A stretch of 64,000 nt of DNA from Candidatus Latescibacterota bacterium (GTDB lineage: Bacteria; Latescibacterota; UBA2968; UBA8231). Location: assembly GCA_965197905.1 (NCBI GenBank), contig CBDAOB010000003.1:288001-352000 (forward strand), in the 5' to 3' direction. Below, one piece after another: positions 10,724 to 21,438 of the stretch. The position numbers and the translations under genes are program-made. The first letter of the stretch is position 1. Each line of letters starts with the position of its first letter. Below the pieces are notes generated by a model. It saw only the letters and a program-made list of their open reading frames with translations. It was not told where the DNA came from and ran no database searches.

Positions 10724-11488
10724 TCAAAGTCTCAGGCACGCTTCCACAGCGAGCCAGAAGAGCTCTTCTCTGGCTGATATCTTCTGTCCGAATTCTCTGG
10801 GATCCCACTCAATTCCGCCAACATCGTCGCCTCCGTATAACAGTTGCCCAATCTGCACGCCCCGGAACTGCGCTACAGCAAAAAACGCGGCGGCCTCCAT
10901 CTCAACTGTTATGCAGCCCTCGGACTTGCGTTTGGCCACCTTTGCCTTTGTTTCTCGGTAGAATGCATCCGTCGTCCAGGTCATTCCCTGGGTGTAACTG
11001 CATCCATGCAAGTCGAGTGTTTGGATGATTGCTTCGACTGCGAGTGGGGATGGATGTACCTCGCGACTGGGAGCCAGGTAGTGATAGGACGTGCCCTCGT
11101 CCCTTATGGCGGAAGTCGGCACAACAATATCTCCACTACCGATCGACTGGTCTAGGACTCCTGCGCCGCCAGATACGATGAATTTCCGCCCTCCACGAGC
11201 GATGATCTCCTCTCGGCATCCAGCAGCCAACGGCGCACCAACGGGTGATGGAACTATCGCCAGAGTTTGCCCTTCATACCTTCCAGAGAAAACCTGGATC
11301 TCGCCCATCTCAGTTTTGAAGGGCGGCAACGCTTCGCATTCAAGTTGGTCCTTCACACTCTCTATGATCTCTTTGAAGAAGCAAATCACACAGTATTCTG
11401 GCACGTCACGATGCTTGATCACCTTTGCCGGCTCAATGACCGCGTCTCGCTGCGGGTCGAACTCCAGGATCGGGAAGGAGTGCGACAT
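10724..11488 (-). CDS. Nucleoside phosphorylase (PNP/UDP family)
   Basis: AIRDEGTSYHY, TWTTDAFYRET, VEMEAAA. Confidence 0.92.
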   Translation of the reverse strand: MSHSFPILEFDPQRDAVIEPAKVIKHRDVPEYCVICFFKEIIESVKDQLECEALPPFKTEMGEIQVFSGRYEGQTLAIVPSPVGAPLAAGCREEIIARGGRKFIVSGGAGVLDQSIGSGDIVVPTSAIRDEGTSYHYLAPSREVHPSPLAVEAIIQTLDLHGCSYTQGMTWTTDAFYRETKAKVAKRKSEGCITVEMEAAAFFAVAQFRGVQIGQLLYGGDDVGGIEWDPREFGQKISAREELFWLAVEACLRL

Positions 11489-11533
11489 CGTCTAACGCCA
11501 TTCCGTCGAACGAATCGTTTTAGTCATTTCTGA

Positions 11534-11609
11534 TAATGATTTCGCCGTGCCCGAACCGCGAAGCGGTTGGGCGAAGGGCGTAGCCCGAGGCCGGGACACG
11601 GACGTGTTA
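11534..11609 (-). repeat. attC-like site (family A)
   Basis: tcgccgtgcccgaaccgcgaagcggtt...cacggacgtgtta. Confidence 0.8.
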
Positions 11610-11638
11610 TAGGTCGTTGTGTTTCTATTTGATTCATG

Positions 11639-11944
11639 CTATTTAGTTGCAGAGCGCGGTCGGACTTCTCGACTTAGGCGTTCTGCAAGCGCATCCTCCG
11701 CTTGATCGAGCTCATAGTCCATTTGAAGACCAAGCCAGAACTGGGGTGACATGTCGAAGTAACGGGCTAAACGCAATGCCGTATCGGCCGTAACACCTCT
11801 CTTGCCCAAGGCAATCTCGTTGATTCGGCGCGGTGGTACGCCAAGGGCCAGTGCCAACCGGTTCTGACTGAGTTCCATTGGCTTGAGAAATTCTTCCAAC
11901 AGGACTTCGCCGGGATGTAATGGGGTTATTTTCTTCTTTGCCAC
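11639..11944 (-). CDS. higA: HigA antitoxin
   Basis: HPGEVLLEEFL, RINEI..GKR..TADTALRL, FWLGLQ. Confidence 0.93.
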   Translation of the reverse strand: MAKKKITPLHPGEVLLEEFLKPMELSQNRLALALGVPPRRINEIALGKRGVTADTALRLARYFDMSPQFWLGLQMDYELDQAEDALAERLSREVRPRSATK

Positions 11945-11953
11945 GGTAGCCTC

Positions 11954-12235
11954 CTAGTGATAATCTGCAATTTTCACGTTGTAGGCGTCACCGCCTTGCC
12001 AATCAAAGCAGATGCGCCATTGGTCATTGATTCGAATACTGTATTGTCCAATTCTGCCGCCCCGCAGCTTCTTTAAGCGATTTGCCGGCGGCACCCTCGG
12101 ATCGTTCAATGTCATCGACCGGTTTAGCATACGGAGTTTGCGAAACGCAACGGATTGAATGGCGCGCGGCAATTTTCGTGAGCCTTGGCGCGAAAAGATG
12201 CGTTCAGTCTCCCGATCGCGAAATGACCTGATCAT
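11954..12235 (-). CDS. higB: HigB (RelE/ParE-type) toxin
   Basis: MIRSFRD..., PPANRL, GQYSIRINDQWRICF, DYH. Confidence 0.92.
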   Translation of the reverse strand: MIRSFRDRETERIFSRQGSRKLPRAIQSVAFRKLRMLNRSMTLNDPRVPPANRLKKLRGGRIGQYSIRINDQWRICFDWQGGDAYNVKIADYH

Positions 12236-12407
12236 ACCACAATTATATAACGCACTACGTTTAACGCAACCCGTTATGACGATGACATGCCTTAAAGTTG
12301 CGAACCAGTGTTTTCGCAATGACCTATGACGTTATGCCGGTTTGCGAACCTGGACGAGTAACAGAAGGCAGGTTGCCCGAAGGGTCGAGGCGCCGCAGGC
12401 GCCGATG

Positions 12408-13156
12408 GTAGGGTCGAGAACTGGCGCGCCAGCCTTAGGGTTCGGTGGGTTCCCCATGGCTTTCGCCATAGCCCTCAGTCCGACTCCCATCGCTACGTTT
12501 CCAGTTCCCGCCGCCTCAAACCGGACGTGCGGATCTCCCGCATCCGGCTTCCCGACGAACGTCACATCCAGGCACACGCCACAAGGACTTCACCTGGTAG
12601 TCAAGCTGCTTCCGATGCATACTAGTCTTACTGCTGGAGGCAATAGGCTCACGCCACTCTCCAACCCTCTGCACTTCCGCAGCATGTCCGAAGTCAGGCC
12701 CCTTCCCTCCACCGGAGTTACCCGGCTTCCTCGGTACTACGCGCCTGTCCGCCACCTCATCCAGCCCAGTCTGGCCCTCGCGGGTTACCGGTTGGAGGCA
12801 CTCGCTGCTTCCACCGGATGAGGCTTCCCGTGTTGCGCCACATCTCCTCTTACACACATGCTGTCGCCACTACCCCGGCGGAACAGCTGGGTGCGCTTGT
12901 CGCTCGACTTCCCCAGCTGCAGCGGCCTTCCCTGGTTTACGGGCAGGTCGGCTTCCGCATTACACTTTTCGAGGCCTGCTCAGCGTTTACTCACGTTACG
13001 GCCTGTGTGCTCGCCAAGTCGCCCAAGGCGACCCTCTACACCGGAGGCTTCAGCGGCTTCGTCGCCTCCACCACTGCTCCGATTGCTACCGGCTGGAGCG
13101 ACCCTTGCCGGGTGGGATTCGCACCCACTGAAGATGTGCGCCTTAGCACGGCGCAC
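12408..13156 (-). ncRNA. ORF-less group II intron inserted in an attC-like site (site spans 12327-13173)
   Basis: 5' GUGCG at 13156; domain V gaagccggatgcgggagatccgcacgtccggtttg; 3' ...cgacccuAC at 12408; no RT ORF; removal restores a family B site. Confidence 0.9.
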
Positions 13157-13205
13157 CGTAAACTGCGCTGTTACCCGATGTGTCAAACCACCCGACGCAC
13201 CGGCA

Positions 13206-13793
13206 CTACTTCGTTCGCTCTCGAGGAACGACACGAATTGCATCATCTAGCCGGCGCGACAATGGTGATGATTTGGCACCAGACCTCGGATCAATAACCG
13301 CGATCCTGTAGTCAGCTGTGGTATCCGGGTAGAGATTCTTCCTTCCAGAGTCATTGTGCTGCATCGTTCTTGGCAACGATTCAAGAACCCTAAGAAATAC
13401 CTCTCGTTCCGCCCAAGTTCGCGAGTAACACTTTCCGACCTCAGGCGTCCATCCCCGCTGCATGAGCTCATGCTCGTGCCAGGCTGCATCGAAATCGTCC
13501 CAGACAAAGGCATTGGGAATCCTGGAAGCCCGCTGTCGCAACATATCGGTTAGTAGCCATTCCCAGTCTGGGAGAGAGCGGTCGGTTAGATATTGGCCGT
13601 TGAATCGAGCTAAATGACTAGCGACAAGCTCGTAATGATCGAGTGGCCATGAAGAGTTTGGTTTCTCGGCCACATCCTCGAGCCACAACCAATATCCGTT
13701 CTCTCGTTCCTCGGCGTGGTAACACTGGGGCGCCGAAAAGCAAGAATGGCGACTCACAGTTAGCACCGTAGGCAGTAACGGATGTGCATCCAA
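13206..13793 (-). pseudogene. Aminoglycoside-phosphotransferase-like kinase, truncated at both ends
   Basis: WLWLEDV, LARFNG, LPRTMQHND...NL...IAVID. Confidence 0.7.
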
Positions 13794-13946
13794 GTGATTG
13801 CAAGTGGTTCCTAATAAAAAGGCGTTTTATAATTCCTGCTATACTTCGCAAGAGGGTCGGGCAGATTTGAGCCAGGGACCTTGAACGCTCGGGCGATTCA
13901 CATTAGCTTAAGCTACGGAATCGAGAATACGGACCGAGGCACTGCC

Positions 13947-14318
13947 GTGCATCTTAAGCAAGAGTGGAACGCCTGCCTGGAAGCGCTCAAGCGGGGAGAA
14001 TTGACCCCCGAACGATTGCAAGCCGTGATCGACTCCGTGCCCGACGACAGTCCTGAGAAACGACAGAGTCTGCTCTTCGTTCAGACGTCTCACAACGGAG
14101 TCAATTCCAAACTGGTTGGGTACCTCCTGGTGATCAACGGCGAAGCCCAACCGGGTTCTCGCAACCGCGAGGAATGGCCCTATCGCACCGTCGCCGATGC
14201 GATCCAGGACGGCTGGCGGATCATTTCCTTCCCCAACACGGCTCTGCTGATGGATCCTGACAGCACCTACGGAATCGGCCCCGAGTTCATTCTCGAGAAG
14301 ATGGAGCCAATAAAATGA
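13947..14318 (+). CDS. Hypothetical protein (copy 1)
   Basis: GTG start after GAGG; overlaps the start of the next gene. Confidence 0.7.
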   Translation: MHLKQEWNACLEALKRGELTPERLQAVIDSVPDDSPEKRQSLLFVQTSHNGVNSKLVGYLLVINGEAQPGSRNREEWPYRTVADAIQDGWRIISFPNTALLMDPDSTYGIGPEFILEKMEPIK

Positions 14319-15202
14319 AGCAGTGGACGCACGATTGCCCGCCCACACTCACCGACACACAGGTCATCGATTTCTGTCAGAAGGGATTTGTGTTGCTCGA
14401 GGCGGTCGTCCCAGACGAGATCAATCGCCGCGTGTTTGAGTTTCTCGATGAGCATCCGGAAATGGAGCCTTCCTGCATTTTAAGCGAAGAATGGTTCGTG
14501 AAGCAGGTGCTCTGCAATCCCGAGGCCGCCGGGGCCGTTCGCTCGCTGCTGGGCAGTGACTTTCACCTTCCCGTGCTGATGAGCAACCACCGCGAGCGAG
14601 GACCCTACTGGGAACCGACGGGCTGGCACATCGACGGAAACTATAAACACGGATATGAATTGCCGTCCCTGCAGGTGTTCTATTATCCGCAGGACACCAC
14701 GCCGGAGATGGGGCCCACGGAACTGGTGCCCGGATCTCATCAGCTCCGTATGAAGCGCCGGTACATGTCCAACTTCGAAAACATCGCTACCGCCTTCAGC
14801 ACGACCGCTCCCGCCGGCTCGATCTTCATCACCATCTACCACATCTGGCATCGCCGAGGCTTCGCTACCAGCACCCGACTGCGCAACATGCTGAAGTATG
14901 TCTACTGGCGCACGACCGAGCCCACGCGGGACTGGATCATCGAGCCAGATTTCGACTTTGCCACCGCCAACTATGGTTCGCAAGAATATGGAGAGAAGAT
15001 GAAGGTCGCCATCGACACCGCGGAGATGTTCTACTGGCTATGCGGAATGCATGACCGGTTTCAGGTCATCGGCGGGCAGAGTTGGCCTAGTTTCAACCCC
15101 AGCCGCATCGACGTGCCCTATGGATTTCCCGGTCCGGTCGCCCCGGTCTCCGAAGCGCCGGGCAAACGACGGCCGGTCCAGGATGGCGCGGCTGAATCCT
15201 GA
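14315..15202 (+). CDS. PhyH-family dioxygenase (copy 1)
   Basis: WHIDG, YYPQDT..EMGPTELVPGSH, HIWHRR. Confidence 0.85.
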   Translation: MKQWTHDCPPTLTDTQVIDFCQKGFVLLEAVVPDEINRRVFEFLDEHPEMEPSCILSEEWFVKQVLCNPEAAGAVRSLLGSDFHLPVLMSNHRERGPYWEPTGWHIDGNYKHGYELPSLQVFYYPQDTTPEMGPTELVPGSHQLRMKRRYMSNFENIATAFSTTAPAGSIFITIYHIWHRRGFATSTRLRNMLKYVYWRTTEPTRDWIIEPDFDFATANYGSQEYGEKMKVAIDTAEMFYWLCGMHDRFQVIGGQSWPSFNPSRIDVPYGFPGPVAPVSEAPGKRRPVQDGAAES

Positions 15203-15654
15203 CCGCAAATGGCTACCACTGAATGCAATCGTCTGCGAGTTGTCGCTTCGTAAGTCGCGCTGACTCTTATTCTGGCGCCATCATGCCTCGGTGCGCTGCT
15301 GGAGGTGAAGCCCAACCGGGTCTCGCCTGAATTAGAAAACATTTTTCTCAACCGTCAAAAAACAAAGAGCATTACTTGACCACGTCCTCTTCAGTATAGG
15401 GGATTGCTATTGATGCAATAGCCAGTATATCCCTCCACTCAGGATGGCCGCTATGGGCAAAGTCAGTGCCCACGACAACAGTATTTCCAACAAAACTCTA
15501 ATGTTGGCTTTCTTTGTAATTAGACCCATACCAAAGAGGGAACCAACAGATACATGCGTGGTTGATACGGGCATACCCAGTCGGAGAGAATCGATGCGTA
15601 TACGGATAGGCCATTGCCGTTAGATGCGTAGGACGTAAGGGTAAGACGGGTGTC

Positions 15655-15718
15655 CGGCCCTCACCCGGTTTGACGGTCCGGCTGTCAAACCACCCTCTCC
15701 CGCTCGCGGGAGAGGGTC
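15655..15718. repeat. REP-like double hairpin
   Basis: ggtttgac/gtcaaacc and accctctcccgc/gcgggagagggt stems. Confidence 0.6.
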
Positions 15719-15748
15719 TAGCTAAGTGATGAATGCGAAGGGAGTGTG

Positions 15749-17032
15749 ATGAAGCCGAACATTATTCTTCTGATGACGGACCAGCAGAGGTGGGACAGTC
15801 TCGGGTGCAACGGGAATCGATTTGTGTCGACGCCCAACGTGGACAGGCTGGCCGAAGGAGGGGCGAACTGCGCGAACAGTTATACGCCTTGGCCGGTCTG
15901 TACGCCTGCACGGGCAACGATGTGGACCGGGGTTTACCCCCACCAGCACCAGGTGATCTACAATGCGTACAAGATGGACAACGTTCTGAAGGAGACCTCG
16001 CACGAGCAGCGGACCGTGTTCGAGCCTCTGAGGGAGAGTGGATATACGACGGCGTACTTCGGGAAGTGGCACCTCGGCGAGACCGACCCGGGGATGTTTG
16101 ATGTGTGGAGCGGTTTCAACAGCTCGGGCGGTCACTGGGTGGATGATGTTCGCGATGGTGTCTACAAGCCCGATCAGCAGACGGATCAGATGATCGCGTT
16201 TATCAAGGCGCAGACAGATGGCGACAAGCCGTTCTTTGCGGTGAACGGATACTATCCTCCTCACGATCCGTATACCGCGCCTGAGCGATTCTACGAACCG
16301 TATCGTGGTCAGGGTGTTCCGTATGCCGGATACTACGCGGCAGTCAGCGCGATCGACGACAACGTGGGTCGATTGGTGGCGGCGATTGAAGAAGCTGGCC
16401 TGACCGAGGATACGATCATCGTCTACTACTCGGATCACGGCGATCACTTCAGCTACCGGGGGAGCGACCACAAGTTTACGTGCCACGACGATTCGATCAA
16501 GGTACCGATGGTGATCAGCTGGCCTGGAACGATCACTGCAGGTCAAGTTGTTGAGGAATTCGTTGGTCTTCAGGATCTGATGCCGACGATTCTCGAGTGG
16601 GCGGGTCTGGACATTCCCGGCTATCTGCACGGTACCAGCATCGTGCCGCTGCTCGGAGAGGAGTCTGTTCCGTGGCGAGACTCGCATTACACGGAGAATG
16701 TGATTCGCGGTCCCTTTATCGAACAGCGATCGATACGAACGAACGAGTGGAAGCTGATTCTAACGCGTTCCGTAAGGTTTCTCCAGGGCTACACGGCTTT
16801 GAACGAACTCTACGACCTGGTGAATGATCCGGAGGAAGAGCTCAACATCTACAGGACACCGCGCGAGGATACACACAACAGATTCCGAAATACACCGCCT
16901 CAGACCGAGGTGATCGAAGGACTCGTTCACGAACTGAGGAAGCAGGCTGTCGAGATAAACGATCAGTTGGGGATCGATATGGCCGATTTTACGTTGGTCG
17001 AGATCGGAAAGCGCAAGGCGACTGGTTCGTAG
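15749..17032 (+). CDS. Sulfatase (Cys-type formylglycine)
   Basis: KPNIILLMTDQQR, CTPAR, GKWHLG, SDHG, ELYDLVNDP. Confidence 0.95.
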   Translation: MKPNIILLMTDQQRWDSLGCNGNRFVSTPNVDRLAEGGANCANSYTPWPVCTPARATMWTGVYPHQHQVIYNAYKMDNVLKETSHEQRTVFEPLRESGYTTAYFGKWHLGETDPGMFDVWSGFNSSGGHWVDDVRDGVYKPDQQTDQMIAFIKAQTDGDKPFFAVNGYYPPHDPYTAPERFYEPYRGQGVPYAGYYAAVSAIDDNVGRLVAAIEEAGLTEDTIIVYYSDHGDHFSYRGSDHKFTCHDDSIKVPMVISWPGTITAGQVVEEFVGLQDLMPTILEWAGLDIPGYLHGTSIVPLLGEESVPWRDSHYTENVIRGPFIEQRSIRTNEWKLILTRSVRFLQGYTALNELYDLVNDPEEELNIYRTPREDTHNRFRNTPPQTEVIEGLVHELRKQAVEINDQLGIDMADFTLVEIGKRKATGS

Positions 17033-17774
17033 CCAACCATCATTAGAGGTTTCCATAGCCGAGCGCGTGCTCAGAAACGTGGGTGCTCGGCAATGTACTT
17101 TGCGCCAATGCCTTCCGGGTCCAATCCGTTAAGCGCGTGATTATAGCGCTTGACGATATCTTCCAGATAGTAGATGGCGAATCACTCCTCGATGTAGTGT
17201 CGGCTCGTCGCATCATCGAGAATCTTTACGAAGATGGCACGATTCTCTGGTGGGAGGTTGCGCCAATCGATCTGTGTAACCAGTCCTCCTGCGACACAAA
17301 CGACCTTGCCCTCCTCAGTCTCCCGCAGCGCAATCACCCGGTCAACCATTTCCAACGTTGCCCGTCTGATCAGTCCATCGTAGATCACGGGTCCATATGC
17401 AAGATCCAATGTATAGGAATTATAAAGGGGCTTTTGGACATCGAAAAACAGTCTGAAACGCTAAATAAATCGGCCAATATTCCGGAGGTAGGTGTTATAG
17501 TCGCGCAGCAGCTCCTTGGCAATTCCTCTCGCGATCTTCATCCGAATGCCCGTGACCCTAGCGTCTATATCCCGTTCAGGAACCGAAATCCATCCCGCAC
17601 GGCGCCGCCTCGACGCGTTTCCTGAGTCGCCGCCCGCCTAAGGCCAAATTAGTCGCCCGCCACAAACTCGCCTACCTTGCCGCTATTAGCGATAACGCGT
17701 TTTGTTTATCTTATACTTATTATCTTATACTTAACGTAACCTACGGAATCGAGAATACGGACCGAGGCACTGCC

Positions 17775-18146
17775 GTGCATCTTAAGCAAGAGTGGAACGC
17801 CTGCCTGGAAGCGCTCAAGCGGGGAGAATTGACCCCCGAACGATTGCAAGCCGTGATCGACTCCGTGCCCGACGACAGTCCTGAGAAACGACAGAGTCTG
17901 CTCTACGTTCAGACGTCTCACAACGGAGTCAATTCCAAACTGGTTGGGTACCTCCTGGTGATCAACGGCGAAGCCCAACCGGGTTCTCGCAACCGCGAGG
18001 AATGGCCCTATCGCACCGTCGCCGATGCGATCCAGGACGGCTGGCGGATCATTTCCTTCCCCAACACGGCTCTGCTGATGGATCCTGACAACACCTACGG
18101 AATCGGCCCCGAGTTCATTCTCGAGAAGATGGAGCCAATAAAATGA
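17775..18146 (+). CDS. Hypothetical protein (copy 2)
   Basis: Two amino-acid differences from copy 1. Confidence 0.7.
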   Translation: MHLKQEWNACLEALKRGELTPERLQAVIDSVPDDSPEKRQSLLYVQTSHNGVNSKLVGYLLVINGEAQPGSRNREEWPYRTVADAIQDGWRIISFPNTALLMDPDNTYGIGPEFILEKMEPIK

Positions 18147-19093
18147 AGCAGTGGACGCACGATTGCCCGCCCACACTCACCGACACACAGGTCATCGATT
18201 TCTGTCAGAAGGGATTTGTGTTGCTCGAGGCGGTCGTCCCAGACGAGATCAATCGCCGCGTGTTTGAGTTTCTCGATGAGCATCCGGAAATGGAGCCTTC
18301 CTGCATTTTAAGCGAAGAATGGTTCGTGAAGCAGGTGCTCTGCAATCCCGAGGCCGCCGGGGCCGTTCGCTCGCTGCTGGGCAGTGACTTTCACCTTCCC
18401 GTGCTGATGAGCAACCACCGCGAGCGAGGACCCTACTGGGAACCGACGGGCTGGCACATCGACGGAAACTATAAACACGGATATGAATTGCCGTCCCTGC
18501 AGGTGTTCTATTATCCGCAGGACACCACGCCGGAGATGGGGCCCACGGAACTGGTGCCCGGATCTCATCAGCTCCGTATGAAGCGCCGGTACATGTCCAA
18601 CTTCGAAAACATCGCTACCGCCTTCAGCACGACCGCTCCCGCCGGCTCGATCTTCATCACCATCTACCACATCTGGCATCGCCGAGGCTTCGCTACCAGC
18701 ACCCGACTGCGCAACATGCTGAAGTATGTCTACTGGCGCACGACCGAGCCCACGCGGGACTGGATCATCGAGCCAGATTTCGACTTTGCCACCGCCAACT
18801 ATGGTTCGCAAGAATATGGAGAGAAGATGAAGGTCGCCATCGACACCGCGGAGATGTTCTACTGGCTATGCGGAATGCATGACCGGTTTCAGGTCATCGG
18901 CGGGCAGAGTTGGCCTAGTTTCAACCCCAGCCGCATCGACGCGCCCCATGGATTTCCCGGTCCGGTCGCCCCCCCGTCTCCGAAGCGCCGGGCAAACGAC
19001 GGCCGGTCCAGGGTGGCACGGCCGAATCCTGACCGCAAACGGCCACCACTGAATACAATCGTCTGCGAGTTGTCGCTTCGTACGTCGCGCTGA
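18143..19093 (+). CDS. PhyH-family dioxygenase (copy 2, altered C-terminus)
   Basis: Same as copy 1 until an indel near 18970. Confidence 0.85.
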   Translation: MKQWTHDCPPTLTDTQVIDFCQKGFVLLEAVVPDEINRRVFEFLDEHPEMEPSCILSEEWFVKQVLCNPEAAGAVRSLLGSDFHLPVLMSNHRERGPYWEPTGWHIDGNYKHGYELPSLQVFYYPQDTTPEMGPTELVPGSHQLRMKRRYMSNFENIATAFSTTAPAGSIFITIYHIWHRRGFATSTRLRNMLKYVYWRTTEPTRDWIIEPDFDFATANYGSQEYGEKMKVAIDTAEMFYWLCGMHDRFQVIGGQSWPSFNPSRIDAPHGFPGPVAPPSPKRRANDGRSRVARPNPDRKRPPLNTIVCELSLRTSR

Positions 19094-19344
19094 CTCTTAA
19101 CTAAGTAGCTTCGCCTTTTTGCCCCAATTCCGTGTAGGTCACCCTCGATGAGGGAGCCGTTCCTATGGGGAGTTTCTCCTTGCAATCGAAGATCCAGAGA
19201 GAATTCCCACAAGTGCGCAGACAACCCGTCAAAACTAGCTCTAACTATCCCTAGTAGCTCTGCGCTTTCAAAGGCGGCGATCACCTCCTGAATGATGTTG
19301 CGGCCTGTGGAGGTGGGCACGGGATATAGATAGGTCCATTCTCT

Positions 19345-20076
19345 TCATTTGGTGGTAAACCCTCCATCGACAGGTATTGCTTGGCCAGTAAGGAATGACG
19401 AATCCTCCGAGCAAGGCCACACAACCGCATTCGCTACCTCCCGTGGCTGACCACCTCGGCCTATAGGATGAAGAGCAACGACTTCCTCCGGAATCAGCTG
19501 GTCAGCCGATGTTTGTATCTCTCCGGGACATACCGCATTGACTCGAATACCTTGTTTTGAGTATTCCAAAGCAGCTGCCTTCGTAAGGCCAACGACCCCA
19601 TGTCGGGTAGCTGTCTCTGAGGCTCGGTCCGAACCAACCAAGCCAAAAATGGAGGACATATTGACAATCGCTCCACCGCCACGTCCTAGCATTGTGGGAA
19701 TCTCATATTTCATACAAAGCCAAATTCCGGTCAGATTAACGCTCAAGACAAAGTCCCAGTCTTCCTTTGTACAGTCAGTCACTGTGGCTGGCCTAAAGAC
19801 GCCAGCATTGTTGAAGACACAGTCCAGACCCCCAAACGTGTCGACGACCTTGTGAACAATGTTTTCGACCTGTTCTGGGTCAGCGACGTCTGTTCGCACG
19901 AAAATTCCTTCGCCGCCGACACGCTCGATTGACCGGATGGTCTCCTCTCCTTCATAGATACGGCGGGCCGCTACGGCCACTTTGGCCCCGGCACGCGCAA
20001 AGGCGACAGCTGTGGCCTTGCCGATCCCCGAATTTCCACCAGTCACCAACGCGATTTTGTTCGTCAAATTTGCCAT
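19345..20076 (-). CDS. SDR oxidoreductase (catalytic YxxxK not recognisable; possibly degenerate)
   Basis: TGGNSGIG, NNAG, IRVNAVCPG, VDGG. Confidence 0.85.
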   Translation of the reverse strand: MANLTNKIALVTGGNSGIGKATAVAFARAGAKVAVAARRIYEGEETIRSIERVGGEGIFVRTDVADPEQVENIVHKVVDTFGGLDCVFNNAGVFRPATVTDCTKEDWDFVLSVNLTGIWLCMKYEIPTMLGRGGGAIVNMSSIFGLVGSDRASETATRHGVVGLTKAAALEYSKQGIRVNAVCPGEIQTSADQLIPEEVVALHPIGRGGQPREVANAVVWPCSEDSSFLTGQAIPVDGGFTTK

Positions 20077-20144
20077 ATGCGGATGCGCCTATCAAGGGTA
20101 TACTATCCCGTAAGTGCATAAAGACCATCGGACACAATTTCATT

Positions 20145-20226
20145 TAACGTATTCACGGTTTGCGAACGCCGAATGGCGTTGCCGAAGGCCAAGGAGCTCA
20201 CCGACGCAACGTAAACCGCGCGGTTA
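20145..20226 (-). repeat. attC-like site (family B)
   Basis: taacg...cggtttgcgaacgccgaatggcgtt...cgtaaaccgcgcggtta. Confidence 0.8.
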
Positions 20227-20388
20227 AATGAAGTGGGCCCAAATTCACTCCGAACTTGACCCTTTGATAATGGTCGGCTCGAGATCGGCTTCGAGGGCGA
20301 GAGCGCGATCCCGAGCCAGGGTGATAATGCGGTGAGCAACAGGCGGCGTTCTGCGCGCCGCCTACGACTATTGTGGTGGCCAGGCGCC

Positions 20389-20660
20389 TCAGACGCTGTC
20401 GGCCCGCGGCTTGTAGAACGCCTCCAGCATGTGCTCGACGACCCGGGGGTTGTCTCCCTGCTGGAGGGAGGCGATGCCGCCGATGATCATCCGGCACCGA
20501 GTCTCGTAGTTGCTCATCAGGGCCTGCATCTGTGTCTCGAGCAGCGACGTAACTTTTTCCTGCTCCATGCCGTCGACGGCTAGCATCAGACCTTCCTTCA
20601 ACAATCCTTCCAGTCTGGCTGATTCACCGGTGAAGCTCTCCAGCGCCTGAAGCCCTTGCA
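20389..20660 (-). pseudogene. MotA-like cytoplasmic-domain fragment
   Basis: GLQALE...LKEGLMLAVDG...MIIGGIASLQQGDNPRVVE. Confidence 0.6.
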
Positions 20661-20939
20661 TTGAGCAGGTGAAGGTGATGCTTAGCCAGGAACTCAACTG
20701 TCGTCACGCTTATCAATTCCGTGCTGCTGTGGCAAAGTGGGTGCTCCAAGACATCGAGGTAAACATCCGGCATCTAAGACAGGCAACAAACATCTGCGCC
20801 GGGGGTCGATTCTGAGATTATGCACTCTCTTTCGGCAGCCACCTCGCACGAAAAGACAGAGTCATCGACTGCATCTCGAAGAGGGCATTCCCCCCAACTG
20901 GCGACCTCATCCGGAGTCGCATTGCTGACAATGCCGATT

Positions 20940-21226
20940 GTCCAACCGCCAAGAGATACTCACGCTTTCGTCGAAGCCTATCCTCGCACATTTCCTCCAA
21001 CGTCATGTCGTCGATCGAAGACCCGAGCGAACTGCACAACGCTGACAACATCGCGCCGTAGGTGGGGTGTACTTTCCAGTCATGCGGTCCGGATGTTTTT
21101 CCGCCACCAGGCACGTACCTCATTTAGCTCCAGTCCAAGTTTTTCTGCGAACAACTCCGCCGATGGGCGATCTGGATGCTTCTGCGTCACGAGAGTTTCG
21201 AACAGATCAAACAGAACTATCTTCAC
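20940..21226 (-). pseudogene. HAD hydrolase N-terminal half, frameshifted
   Basis: Manual translation VKIVLFDLFETLV. Confidence 0.6.
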
Positions 21227-21292
21227 CCTTTTGTTGGCTCTACCTACGGTCTAAACCTGGAAAGACATGGGGACCTTGTCTTCAATGTCGGC

Positions 21293-21370
21293 TAACGGTT
21301 CTCCTGGCCCTGAACCGCGAATGCGGTTGGGCGGAGGCGCGCATGCGCCGTAGCCAGGGCCAGGGTGTTA
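21293..21370 (-). repeat. attC-like site (family A variant)
   Basis: cctggccctg/cagggccagg stem (compensated relative to ccgtgcccg/cgggcacgg) around aaccgcgaatgcggtt. Confidence 0.8.
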
Positions 21371-21438
21371 CCGACGAATCAATCCTTCGATAATTCTTTG
21401 ATGTCGCCCAAAGAATTGGATTTGCGACTGTCCCGGCT

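Larger units (their letters stand above)
13913..15269 (+). repeat. About 1.36-kb direct duplication, copy 1 (copy 2 at 17741-19099)
   Basis: Near-identical sequence at an offset of about 3828. Confidence 0.95.
17741..19099 (+). repeat. About 1.36-kb direct duplication, copy 2
   Basis: Matches 13913-15269. Confidence 0.95.

Noticed and set aside
12332..13297. Short ORFs across both ORF-less introns (also 60491-61469)
   Set aside because: These are translations of structured intron RNA with no RT motifs.
13913..19099. Duplication as a DGR template/variable repeat pair
   Set aside because: Too long, whole genes are duplicated, and the differences are not confined to adenines.
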